A DNA stretch of 57,127 nucleotides, taken from positions 1 to 57,127 of the forward strand of contig JAGDCN010000107.1 of NCBI GenBank assembly GCA_017958525.1, written 5' to 3'. This document shows, piece by piece, positions 18,583 to 29,144 of the stretch (position 1 is the stretch's first letter; each line of letters begins with the position of its first letter). Source of the DNA: Bacteroidales bacterium. Its GTDB lineage: Bacteria; Bacteroidota; Bacteroidia; Bacteroidales; P3. A model generated the notes under the pieces. It saw only the letters and a list, made by a program, of their open reading frames with translations, was not told the origin of the DNA and did not search any database. The position numbers were made by a program, and so were the translations under genes.

Positions 18583-19191
18583 TCAACCATTATTTTTAAA
18601 AAACGAAATATCAGGTACTTGCGAATTGATTACGCGCATTGTTGCATAACTCCTTTCAAGGTGCTCTTTCCACTGGCCAACCGGCATCCATCTTAAGTCT
18701 GAAATACCTTCGTCGGTTTGCGGGACAAGGCGCTCATTGGAAGATGCTTTCACAGCATACCACGTTGTCTGTTTGAAATGCCATCCGCCATAAAGGTTAT
18801 ATATATGGTAGGTCTTCAGCAACAAGGGTCCAAGTTCCAAATTAACGAGACCCGTCTCCTCACTTGTTTCACGCAGTGCCGCTATCGCCAGCGTCTCGCC
18901 ATCCTCCACTTTACCTTTAGGCAGGTCGAACCGATCATTACGTACCATCAGAAGACGCCTTCCGTCAGCATCTTCTAAAATACCACCAGCCGCTTTTACA
19001 TTTATATAATTTTTGTGTAGATAGTTTAACAGTTGTCGCCAGTCGCCACATCGAACAATTATATCGCTGTCACCTTCTGTCAATTGCCTGAAAACCAACA
19101 GCCAATCTTCTATATTATATATTGTTCTATTTATCATCCCGCTGTCAGGATCCAAAATTGTTAATTTTTTGTATTGATAATTGATTATCAT
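18583..19191 (-). CDS. NUDIX hydrolase
   Basis: 202 aa with the Nudix box GKVEDGETLAIAALRETSEETGL. Confidence 0.85.
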   Translation of the reverse strand: MIINYQYKKLTILDPDSGMINRTIYNIEDWLLVFRQLTEGDSDIIVRCGDWRQLLNYLHKNYINVKAAGGILEDADGRRLLMVRNDRFDLPKGKVEDGETLAIAALRETSEETGLVNLELGPLLLKTYHIYNLYGGWHFKQTTWYAVKASSNERLVPQTDEGISDLRWMPVGQWKEHLERSYATMRVINSQVPDISFFKNNG

Positions 19192-19367
19192 TGTTATATA
19201 ATTAATCGTGTTATATCTTCATTTCCATTAATAAGCGCGACTTATATGGATAAAAAGCATAGCGCAAAGCACTTTTTCATCAAACGGAGAAAAAAATACC
19301 CTTCGTAATTGTATATCTAATGTTGCGCATTCTTCCCCAAAATGCACGAATGGGACAACAAAATCAA

Positions 19368-19590
19368 ATGCAAAGATACACAATATCTATGATACTGAAA
19401 TAAAAAAAAAGCATAGCTCAATTGCCGATGCGACAGATATCAGCAAATCAACTATTTCGCGCGAACTGAAGCGTAACTGTACCGACAGAGTATCACATTG
19501 TGCGACGGCCCGGAGGCTGTGTGAAACCAAGAAAAAAAAAGCTGCGGGAACTGCACAAGTTCAACAGCGAAATCAAGAACCGCACAGAAC
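19368..19590 (+). pseudogene. IS30-family transposase remnant (N-terminal HTH region only, frameshifted)
   Basis: One frame reads MQRYTISMILK then a stop inside an A9 run. The next frame continues KKKHSSIADATDISKSTISRELKRNC, the typical IS30 HTH. A third frame gives KKKLRELHKFNSEIKNRTE. No DDE catalytic domain follows. Confidence 0.6.
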
Positions 19591-19635
19591 TGCCCCCTCC
19601 CTTTGCATACCTTCTGCCAGTACCTGGTCTGGGAC

Positions 19636-19679
19636 TTCAACGATACTTCGACCATACATCAACGATACTTCGACCATAT
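19636..19679 (+). repeat. 22-bp tandem direct repeat x2 ((T/A)TCAACGATACTTCGACCATA), with a third TTCAAC at 19680
   Basis: Read directly: ttcaacgatacttcgaccatac / atcaacgatacttcgaccatat / ttcaacc. Confidence 0.8.
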
Positions 19680-19707
19680 TTCAACCATTATATATAGTTA
19701 AACGATT

Positions 19708-19735
19708 GTTGAACAATAGTTGAAGTAACGTTGAA
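19708..19735 (+). repeat. Three GTTGAA hexamers phased at 11 bp
   Basis: GTTGAAcaataGTTGAAgtaacGTTGAA. The hexamer is the reverse complement of the TTCAAC hexamers at 19636-19685. The first copy sits in the 13-nt palindrome ATTGTTGAACAAT. Confidence 0.75.
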
Positions 19736-19880
19736 CAGCAGGTGAAAGTACCTGTGTGATTTAATGATTCAGGTTGTCACTTTTGGTTCTCGCGGCTTGA
19801 TTTGCTTATGCATTTACATTTTGAACCTAAGGATTAAATCATTTTTTCATTGTAATAGTATGAATTTTGTGAAAAATGTG

Positions 19881-19888
19881 TAAATTTG
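19881..19888 (+). promoter_or_regulatory. -7 promoter box (TAAATTTG) for dprA
   Basis: Exact TAnnTTTG match, 56 nt upstream of ATG 19944. Confidence 0.5.
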
Positions 19889-19943
19889 CATTTTACAAAT
19901 ATTGAGTTGCTGTTTTAGAAAACACTTGTAAACAGTCACATAG

Positions 19944-21047
19944 ATGCACAATAAATACTACGAAATAGCCCTTACGATGTTGCCGGGTTTAGGATGCCGG
20001 TCGGCACGTCAACTGCTCGAAATTGTGGAGTCGGCAGATGCGTTGTTTCATATGTCCACGGCCGAGCTAAGACATATTTTTGGTAAACGTAACGACATAA
20101 TCAATGCTATAAGAAATCGAACAGTTTTTGCCGATGTTGACAAAGAACTGGCATTCATTGATAAAAATAATATCCGCGTACTGTTTTATAAGGACCCAGA
20201 CTTTCCGCAGCGGCTCAATTTGCCGGGATGCGTGGATTCACCTGTAATCATTTATGTGCTTGGCAATGCCGATCTTAACCCACAGCGGGCAGTAAGTGTT
20301 GTGGGCACCCGCAAAGCCACAGCGCAAGGAATCGAACTGACGAAACAACTTGTTGATGGTTTCCGTGGCGAAGGCATCACTGTTGTAAGTGGACTGGCCA
20401 TTGGCATAGATGCAGCCTCGCATCAGGCTGCTCTTGACAACTCCCTGCCCACAATCGGTGTGCTGGCTCACGGTCTCAACCGCCTCTACCCTCCCCAAAA
20501 CCGTGGCCTGGCCAAACGAATGATTTCAGAAGGCGGCGCATTGGTAACCGAAATCCGGACCGACACACCCATAACGCCAAGTATGTTTCCGGCCCGTAAC
20601 CGTATTATCGCTGGACTAACCGACGCCACTATTGTTGTAGAAGCGTCAAAAACCGGCGGAGCCTTAATAACTGCAAACATTGCAAACAGTTACAATCGCG
20701 ACCTCTTTGCTTTTCCGGGACGCATCGGCGACAAAAACTCAGAAGGCTGCAATGCAATCATCGCTGCCTGCAAGGCAATGTTGATTCGTAATGCCGACGA
20801 TCTTTTTGTCAATATGGCTTGGGAACGCACGGTCAAACCAGAAGGTACACAAATATCTATGTTTCCGAAACTTAAAGGTGACGAACAAGCCGTATATGAC
20901 ATACTGTCAAGTCATCAGGGCATATCGGTTGATGAAATACACATTTTTTGCGACCTTCCATTACCGAAAATTGCCGCAGCACTGCTAAGTTTGGAGCTGA
21001 AAAACTTGTGTCGATGTCTGCCTGGCAAGATATATAAAACATTATGA
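19944..21047 (+). CDS. dprA: DNA-processing protein DprA (Smf)
   Basis: 367 aa. The Rossmann-like core VSGLAIGIDAASHQAAL, ALVTE and FPARNRIIAGL is typical of DprA. Confidence 0.9.
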   Translation: MHNKYYEIALTMLPGLGCRSARQLLEIVESADALFHMSTAELRHIFGKRNDIINAIRNRTVFADVDKELAFIDKNNIRVLFYKDPDFPQRLNLPGCVDSPVIIYVLGNADLNPQRAVSVVGTRKATAQGIELTKQLVDGFRGEGITVVSGLAIGIDAASHQAALDNSLPTIGVLAHGLNRLYPPQNRGLAKRMISEGGALVTEIRTDTPITPSMFPARNRIIAGLTDATIVVEASKTGGALITANIANSYNRDLFAFPGRIGDKNSEGCNAIIAACKAMLIRNADDLFVNMAWERTVKPEGTQISMFPKLKGDEQAVYDILSSHQGISVDEIHIFCDLPLPKIAAALLSLELKNLCRCLPGKIYKTL

Positions 21048-21083
21048 TTCAACAACGAAAAACACTTTTTTATTTTTTTTTAG

Positions 21084-22718
<1,635 letters not shown>

Positions 22719-22781
22719 AACGGATGAAAATGTTAATGCGTTAATCAATCAAACAATGACGCAACAAAACATTTATAATTT

Positions 22782-23018
22782 ATGAATGTTAGAATTATAA
22801 AACCCGATGCAACCCTTTATGATGGCCCGGCAACTTTGATTCAGTTGCCTGGAACGGGTGGACTATTTGAAATCCTTGAAAACCACGCTCCCATCATCTC
22901 AAGCCTTACAGAAGGCAGAATACGTCTGCAGGCAGAAGGTGAAGAGGAAAAGGTGTTCGACATCAGAGGTGGTATCCTGAAAGGACAGAAAAACGAAATT
23001 CTTATATTGGTACAATGA
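22782..23018 (+). CDS. atpC: F1 ATP synthase epsilon subunit (short form)
   Basis: 78 aa immediately after atpD, with the beta-sandwich pattern (ATLIQLPGTGGLFEILENHAPIIS). Confidence 0.85.
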   Translation: MNVRIIKPDATLYDGPATLIQLPGTGGLFEILENHAPIISSLTEGRIRLQAEGEEEKVFDIRGGILKGQKNEILILVQ

Positions 23019-23028
23019 ATATAAGGCG

Positions 23029-23056
23029 AGAAGGCTCCGAATAAACGGAGCCTTCT
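23029..23056 (+). terminator. Intrinsic terminator after atpC
   Basis: GAAGGCTCCG-aataaa-CGGAGCCTTC, a perfect 10-bp stem followed by TTCAATTC. Confidence 0.7.
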
Positions 23057-23110
23057 TCAATTCAAATGTTCGAAGAATAAATATAATAATAAACTAAACA
23101 TCAACAATTT

Positions 23111-25519
23111 ATGAAGAAATTATTTGCAACACTGGCTGCTCTCGCTCTGCCGGCATTAACTTTTGCCAGCGAGGCAGACCTAATGATGCCTGAAGGCTTC
23201 AGCTCTAATCCTGACACCAAGATTCTTTACTGGGGTTTTCTTATAGTGGCCCTAGGTCTGCTGTTCGGATTCTGGCAATTCAGCAAAGTCCGCAATCTCA
23301 AGGCTCACAAGTCAATGCTCGAAATTGGCAACGTGATTTTCAAGACCTGCTCGACCTATCTGAAGCAGCAGGGCAAATTTCTCATCATCCTCTTCCTTTT
23401 CATCGGTGCCGCCATTGCTCTTTATTTTGGCGTGCTTAGCGATATGAAGATAGGAGGTGTTGTTCTCGTTCTTGCTTGGACAATTGTCGGTATCCTTGGC
23501 AGCTACGGGGTGGCTTGGTTTGGTGTACGTATGAACACCTTGGCCAATGCTCGTATGGCGTTTGCCTCGCTGCGTCGTCGCCCGCTTGACCTTCTAAACA
23601 TACCCCTGCGTGCTGGTATGAGCATCGGTATCGTGCTAATCTGTGTCGAGCTGGTTCTGATGCTTGTCATTCTGCTTTGTATGCCTGAAAACCTCGCCGG
23701 CAGCTGTTTTATGGGCTTTGCTATCGGTGAATCGCTTGGTGCTTCAGCTCTCCGTATTGCCGGCGGTATTTTCACTAAGATTGCCGACATTGGAAGCGAC
23801 CTTATGAAGGTTGTTTTCAAAATCGGTGAAGACGACCCGCGCAATCCCGGTGTCATTGCCGACTGTACCGGTGACAATGCAGGAGACAGCATTGGACCCA
23901 CAGCCGATGGTTTTGAAACCTACGGCGTTACCGGTGTTGCCCTCGTAAGCTTTATCCTCCTTGCCGTCGCCGATCCTGCCATCCAGGTCAAACTGCTCGT
24001 CTGGATCTTTGTTATGCGTATCCTCGGTATTGTTGCCTCTGTCCTGGCCTACTACATTAATGGTGCTATAGCCAAAGCCCGCTACAGCAAAGCCGACGAC
24101 ATTAACTTCGAAAAGCCCCTCACCTCGCTGGTGTGGATTACTTCCATTCTCTCCATCTGCGGTACCTTTTTGGCCAGCTACTTCATCCTCAAGGATGTAA
24201 CCATCGTCAACAACCTCTGGTTAGCACTCTCCATCATCATCAGCTGCGGAACCCTCGGTGCTGCTCTTATCCCAGAATTCACAAAGATATTTACCTCGCC
24301 CACGTCGAAACACGTCGGTGAAGTTGTTGAGGCTTCCAAACAGGGTGGCGCATCGCTCAATATTCTCAGCGGCATTGTGGCTGGCAATATGGGTGCTTTT
24401 TGGACCGGTATCGTCTTCTTCGTGTTGATGCTCATCGCCTATATGGCTGCCACTGGTTTTGGTCTCGCGCCTGTTTTTGGCCCCTTCTTCACAATCTTCG
24501 CCTTTGGCCTTGTAGCTTTCGGTATGCTGGGTATGGGTCCTGTCACCATCGCTGTTGACAGCTATGGTCCTGTAACAGACAATGCCCAGTCGGTATATGA
24601 ACTTTCTCTCATCGAGGACGATATAGAAAAGACAACCAAGGATGTAGAAAGCGAATTCGGTTTCACTCCCGATTTCGAGAAAGCTAAATACTACCTAGAA
24701 GCAAACGACGGTGCCGGCAATACTTTCAAAGCCACAGCTAAACCCGTCCTTATTGGTACTGCTGTTGTGGGTGCCACCACGATGATTTTCTCGCTTATTC
24801 TGATGATTCAGAAGGCTCTCGGCATCGAACCTGCCAGCATTCTCAACCTGCTCAACCCATATAGTATTCTCGGATTCATTCTTGGCGGCTGCGTCATCTA
24901 CTGGTTCACCGGCGCATCAATGCAGGCTGTCACCACTGGTGCCAACCGTGCTGTCGAGTTCATTAAGAACAACATCAAGCTCGACCCAAATGCTCCAAAG
25001 AAAGCCGACACAGAGAAGAGTCAGGAAGTTGTCAAGATTTGCACCAATTACGCTCAGAAGGGTATGATCAATATTTTCATTGCCATTTTCTGCTTTGCGC
25101 TTGGATTTGCCTGCATCAGTTCGCCAGCCAGTATTGGTGGCCAGAACGCAGTATGTCTCTTCGTAAGCTACCTCATTTCCATCGCCGTCTTCGGCCTCTT
25201 CCAAGCAGTATATATGGCTAATGCCGGCGGCGCTTGGGACAACGCCAAGAAGGTTGTGGAAGTCGATCTAAAGGCAAAAGGAACCCCGCTGCACGATGCC
25301 AGCGTCGTTGGTGACACCGTTGGCGATCCCTTCAAGGATACCAGTTCTGTGGCTCTCAACCCAATCATCAAGTTCACCACCCTTTTTGGAGTGCTTGCTA
25401 TGGAAATTGCCATCGCCGACAAATTTCAGGCCGTTGCTCCGTGGCTCGGAGTGGTGTTCATCGTTATCGCTCTCTATTTCGTCTATCGCTCTTTCTACAA
25501 AATGAGAATCAACAGCTAA
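23111..25519 (+). CDS. hppA: Membrane-bound pyrophosphate-energised cation pump (M-PPase), divergent long form
   Basis: 802 aa. Motifs are GGIFTKIADIGSDL, EDDPRNPGVIADCTGDNAGDSIGPTADGFETY, GNTFKATAKP and GDTVGDPFKDTSSVALNPIIKF. The N-terminus looks like a signal peptide. Confidence 0.85.
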   Translation: MKKLFATLAALALPALTFASEADLMMPEGFSSNPDTKILYWGFLIVALGLLFGFWQFSKVRNLKAHKSMLEIGNVIFKTCSTYLKQQGKFLIILFLFIGAAIALYFGVLSDMKIGGVVLVLAWTIVGILGSYGVAWFGVRMNTLANARMAFASLRRRPLDLLNIPLRAGMSIGIVLICVELVLMLVILLCMPENLAGSCFMGFAIGESLGASALRIAGGIFTKIADIGSDLMKVVFKIGEDDPRNPGVIADCTGDNAGDSIGPTADGFETYGVTGVALVSFILLAVADPAIQVKLLVWIFVMRILGIVASVLAYYINGAIAKARYSKADDINFEKPLTSLVWITSILSICGTFLASYFILKDVTIVNNLWLALSIIISCGTLGAALIPEFTKIFTSPTSKHVGEVVEASKQGGASLNILSGIVAGNMGAFWTGIVFFVLMLIAYMAATGFGLAPVFGPFFTIFAFGLVAFGMLGMGPVTIAVDSYGPVTDNAQSVYELSLIEDDIEKTTKDVESEFGFTPDFEKAKYYLEANDGAGNTFKATAKPVLIGTAVVGATTMIFSLILMIQKALGIEPASILNLLNPYSILGFILGGCVIYWFTGASMQAVTTGANRAVEFIKNNIKLDPNAPKKADTEKSQEVVKICTNYAQKGMINIFIAIFCFALGFACISSPASIGGQNAVCLFVSYLISIAVFGLFQAVYMANAGGAWDNAKKVVEVDLKAKGTPLHDASVVGDTVGDPFKDTSSVALNPIIKFTTLFGVLAMEIAIADKFQAVAPWLGVVFIVIALYFVYRSFYKMRINS

Positions 25520-25542
25520 TAATAGACGACATAAGCAAACAA

Positions 25543-25568
25543 AATGGGCTGGCAATTGCCAGCCCATT
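25543..25568. terminator. Bidirectional terminator: perfect 26-nt palindrome
   Basis: AATGGGCTGGCAATTGCCAGCCCATT lies between the convergent hppA and gamma-CA-like genes. Confidence 0.7.
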
Positions 25569-25589
25569 CTATTATATTTCAGTTAATAA

Positions 25590-26099
25590 TCACTTTTCAT
25601 TTTTTAAATATTCACGAGAATAGGCCACATAATGGGCGGCATTGTCCATCTGACCCGGACGCGCGGGTTTTAGGAACTTGGCTGGCACCCCACCCCATAT
25701 CTCGTATGGCGGAATCTTTGTGTTTTGCAGCACCAATGCACCGGCGGCAACGATGGCACCCTCGCCCACCTCGCAGCCGTCAAGCAGCGTGCTACCCATT
25801 CCGACAAGGGCTTTATCGCAAATGGTGCAGGCGTGAACCGTAACGTTATGACCAATAGTCACATCGCTACCAATATGCGTCGGACCAGTCTCGAAGGTCA
25901 CGTGTACACAACTGCCGTCCTGAATGTTCGTGCGGTCGCCGATTGTGATGGGAGCCACATCGCCTCTCACCACAGCATTGAACCACACCGAGCACTCGTC
26001 GCCCATCGTCACATCGCCCACAATTGTGGCGTTTTCGCTAAAATAACAGTCTCTACCCCATCGCGGTACAAGACCTTTATAACTCTTAATCAATGCCAT
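25590..26099 (-). CDS. Gamma-carbonic-anhydrase-like / left-handed beta-helix (hexapeptide) protein
   Basis: 169 aa with hexapeptide repeats and the [30 protein letters not shown] pattern. Confidence 0.8.
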   Translation of the reverse strand: MALIKSYKGLVPRWGRDCYFSENATIVGDVTMGDECSVWFNAVVRGDVAPITIGDRTNIQDGSCVHVTFETGPTHIGSDVTIGHNVTVHACTICDKALVGMGSTLLDGCEVGEGAIVAAGALVLQNTKIPPYEIWGGVPAKFLKPARPGQMDNAAHYVAYSREYLKNEK

Positions 26100-26119
26100 A
26101 TAAAAAACAAATTATAATG

Positions 26120-26127
26120 CAAAAATA
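26120..26127 (-). promoter_or_regulatory. -7 promoter box (TATTTTTG) for the gamma-CA-like gene
   Basis: Exact TAnnTTTG match, 21 nt upstream of ATG 26099. Confidence 0.45.
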
Positions 26128-26459
26128 AGTATTTTTTTTATTTCATCAGAAATTCATAGAATCTAAATTAAGAAAAAAGCCAATGGCTTTATTGTATTGC
26201 ATTTGCTTGACGTGTGCATGTTAACTTGTTATTCTGAGTACAGACTTTTTGTCTATTCATATACCATTTACGCATTGTGACAAAATCAAGATTAATAATC
26301 TAACAAACAGGAAATTATTTTCACGCAACATCAAACATCAAGTGCTTCGAATTACTACTAAGAGACATAAGCTTGTTTTATTCTTATTACTGTTTAAAAT
26401 ATGTTTATTACTGCAATAATAAAAAAGACATTTTTACGTTTCAAAGCAAAACATTACAG

Positions 26460-28286
26460 ATGTCAGATATAATCAACATATTGCCCGACAGCGTAGCCAA
26501 CCAGATTGCCGCTGGAGAAGTGGTGGATCGTCCTGCGTCGGCAGTCAAAGAGTTACTAGAGAACGCCCTCGACGCTGGTGCGACCGAGATACAGCTTATT
26601 GTTAAGGATGCGGGGCGCACTTTGATTCAGGTGATTGATAATGGCTGTGGGATGTCGGATATTGATGCCCGGTTGTGTTTCGAGCGTCACGCAACGTCGA
26701 AAATACATCGTGCTGATGATCTTTTTGCAATCCACACAATGGGTTTTCGCGGAGAAGCACTTGCCTCGATTGCCGCTGTGGCTCAGGTGGAATTAAAAAG
26801 TCGCCAGATAGATAGCGAGTTGGGTACACAGATTGTCATTGAGGGTTCGGATGTGAAAGATCAGTCGCCCTGTAACTGCAATGTAGGTACTTCAATATCT
26901 GTCAAGAATCTGTTTTATAATATTCCGGCGCGTCGCAACTTCCTGAAAAAAGACAGCATTGAAATGTCACATATTGAAGAGGTGTTTCGCCGTGTTGCAT
27001 TGCCGAACCATACAGTTTCCTTCAGCCTCCACCACAATGGTCGTCTGCTTTATGACTTAAAAAGCGGCAATTTTGCGCAGCGTATTGCAGGTGTGTTTGG
27101 TAAAAACTGCAGCGAACGACTATACCATATTCAAGAACAGACCGAGCCTGTCAATATATATGGATATGTTGGCAAAACAGAGTATGTCAAGCGTGTGCGT
27201 GGCGAACAGTATTTGTTTGTAAACGGTCGTTTCATTAAGCATCCGGCATTATCGACAGCCATTGAACGAGCTTATAATGAGTTGATCCCCGAACGTACAT
27301 ACCCTTCCTATTTCGTTTTACTAGAAGTTGATCCCTGTCGTTTGGATGTTAATATTCATCCAACCAAAACAGAGGTGCGTTTTCTGGACGAGAATATTAT
27401 TTTCTCCATTCTACGAGCAGCGACAAAGAAAGCATTGGGTCAGTTCTCATTAGCTACAGAATTGGAATTCAACCCCTCAACAGAGATAGACTTCACTCCT
27501 GTTTCTAAAGACTACCATCCAGAAGAACCCAAAGTTACATATAATCCGAACTATAACCCATTCAGAAGTACTGGTCACGGTCCAGTTGCACGACGTAGCG
27601 ATTTTGAACATTTCTTTGATAAAGAAGGCTTTTCACCAAAAACCGAAAGCGAATTACATGCAGACAGTATGCTCGACCGCCTACCTATTGATGATGAACC
27701 CGCATTACAATCTCCAGTAATCGCAAACACAACAACACCAATAAGTTACCAAAATAAATATATAATCACGACGATGAAGTCTGGCATTGTGATTATCGAC
27801 CAACAACGGGCTCACGAGCGAATACTATACGAGCGTTTGCTGGCTAGGCGTGAATCTGAAATTGCATCACAACAACTGCTGTTTCCTGTCAATGTGCGAC
27901 TAAACGCTTCTGACAGTGAGTTGTTGAATGAACTGATGCCAGAACTGGAACGGCTTGGTTTTGTTATTTCGACGCTTGGACAGAACACATTTGTAGTAAG
28001 TGCAACTCCATCAGATGTTTCGGACAATGATTTACAGAACTTTATCGAGCAAACAATCAACGATTACAAGAGTTCGATGCTTCAAAAGTTCAGCGATCGC
28101 GATAAAAGCATATGTCTAAGCCTCGCACGCCAGATGGCTGTAAAATCAGGCACAGTTCTGAAAGCCGAGGAGATGCAAAGTCTTATTGCCGATCTGTTTA
28201 GCTGTCAAGCACCCAATATATCGCCTTCCGGCAAAAAAACAATGTTTATATTTGGCGAAACAGAATTAAACGACAAAATGAAATAA
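26460..28286 (+). CDS. mutL: DNA mismatch repair protein MutL
   Basis: Start trimmed to MSDIINILPDSVANQIAAGEVVDRPASAVKELLENALDAG (GHKL ATPase). DNGCGM and GFRGEALASI are also present. Confidence 0.95.
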   Translation: MSDIINILPDSVANQIAAGEVVDRPASAVKELLENALDAGATEIQLIVKDAGRTLIQVIDNGCGMSDIDARLCFERHATSKIHRADDLFAIHTMGFRGEALASIAAVAQVELKSRQIDSELGTQIVIEGSDVKDQSPCNCNVGTSISVKNLFYNIPARRNFLKKDSIEMSHIEEVFRRVALPNHTVSFSLHHNGRLLYDLKSGNFAQRIAGVFGKNCSERLYHIQEQTEPVNIYGYVGKTEYVKRVRGEQYLFVNGRFIKHPALSTAIERAYNELIPERTYPSYFVLLEVDPCRLDVNIHPTKTEVRFLDENIIFSILRAATKKALGQFSLATELEFNPSTEIDFTPVSKDYHPEEPKVTYNPNYNPFRSTGHGPVARRSDFEHFFDKEGFSPKTESELHADSMLDRLPIDDEPALQSPVIANTTTPISYQNKYIITTMKSGIVIIDQQRAHERILYERLLARRESEIASQQLLFPVNVRLNASDSELLNELMPELERLGFVISTLGQNTFVVSATPSDVSDNDLQNFIEQTINDYKSSMLQKFSDRDKSICLSLARQMAVKSGTVLKAEEMQSLIADLFSCQAPNISPSGKKTMFIFGETELNDKMK

Positions 28287-28301
28287 ATAATATTTGAAAA
28301 T

Positions 28302-29138
28302 ATGTCCCAACAATATTCTCCACAAGGATTCAGAATGCTTCCAAACGGCGTGAAGCACTTGCTAATTATCAATGTGCTTTTCTATTTGGCAGCTATTGTT
28401 TTCCGCAGTTCGACGAAAATTGATCTAGACAATTATCTTGCACTCTACTACCCAGGTAGCGATATGTTTCGCCCGTGGCAGTACATCACCTATATGTTTA
28501 TGCACGGCAGTTTCGAACATATCTTCTTTAATATGTTTGCATTGTGGATGTTTGGCTACATTTTGGAAAACCTATGGGGAACGAGACGTTTCCTTGTCTT
28601 TTACCTGTTGTGCGGCATCGGTGCAGGACTTTTCCACACTGCAGTTACAGGTCTTATGTCTATGCCTGTGCTTAATGCCATCAACTCTTATGCCGCCGAC
28701 CCATCACCCGATGCGCTAATTCAGATATACAACGACCATTTCCAGAAAATAATAAACCAACGATGGGTTTTGGAGGTGACCAATGCTTGGCGTAGTGGTG
28801 CAACTGGCAATTTCGGATATGAAACTACTAACGCTTTGATGCAGATATACAACGAACATATCATTGGCATACCCACCGTGGGCGCCTCTGGTGCTATATA
28901 TGGCATTCTTTTGGCATTCGGTATGACATTCCCCGAAGAAAGGATATACCTCTATTTTTTGGTTCCCATCAAAGCCAAATGGTTTGTTATAGGTTATGCT
29001 GCTATCGAACTGGTGACTGGCATATTGGGCACTAACGATGGCATAGCCCACTTTGCACACCTGGGCGGAATGCTTGTGGGACTGATACTTATATTACTAT
29101 GGCGCAAGAACGAGCGCAACAAATACTGGAACAGATAA
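28302..29138 (+). CDS. Rhomboid-family intramembrane serine protease
   Basis: 278 aa with catalytic GASGAIYG and HFAHLGG motifs in a polytopic protein. Confidence 0.85.
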   Translation: MSQQYSPQGFRMLPNGVKHLLIINVLFYLAAIVFRSSTKIDLDNYLALYYPGSDMFRPWQYITYMFMHGSFEHIFFNMFALWMFGYILENLWGTRRFLVFYLLCGIGAGLFHTAVTGLMSMPVLNAINSYAADPSPDALIQIYNDHFQKIINQRWVLEVTNAWRSGATGNFGYETTNALMQIYNEHIIGIPTVGASGAIYGILLAFGMTFPEERIYLYFLVPIKAKWFVIGYAAIELVTGILGTNDGIAHFAHLGGMLVGLILILLWRKNERNKYWNR

Positions 29139-29144
29139 GGCACT

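Noticed and set aside
19757-19841. 9-bp inverted repeat TGATTTAAT / ATTAAATCA upstream of dprA
   Set aside because: It is short and AT-rich in AT-rich DNA, so it is likely a chance match. It does not bracket the dprA -7 box.
26175-26195. Short palindrome AAGCCAATGGCTT preceded by A6, between the divergent gamma-CA-like and mutL genes
   Set aside because: The stem is only about 5 bp, and it sits between divergent promoters where a terminator has no role. There is too little evidence for any function.
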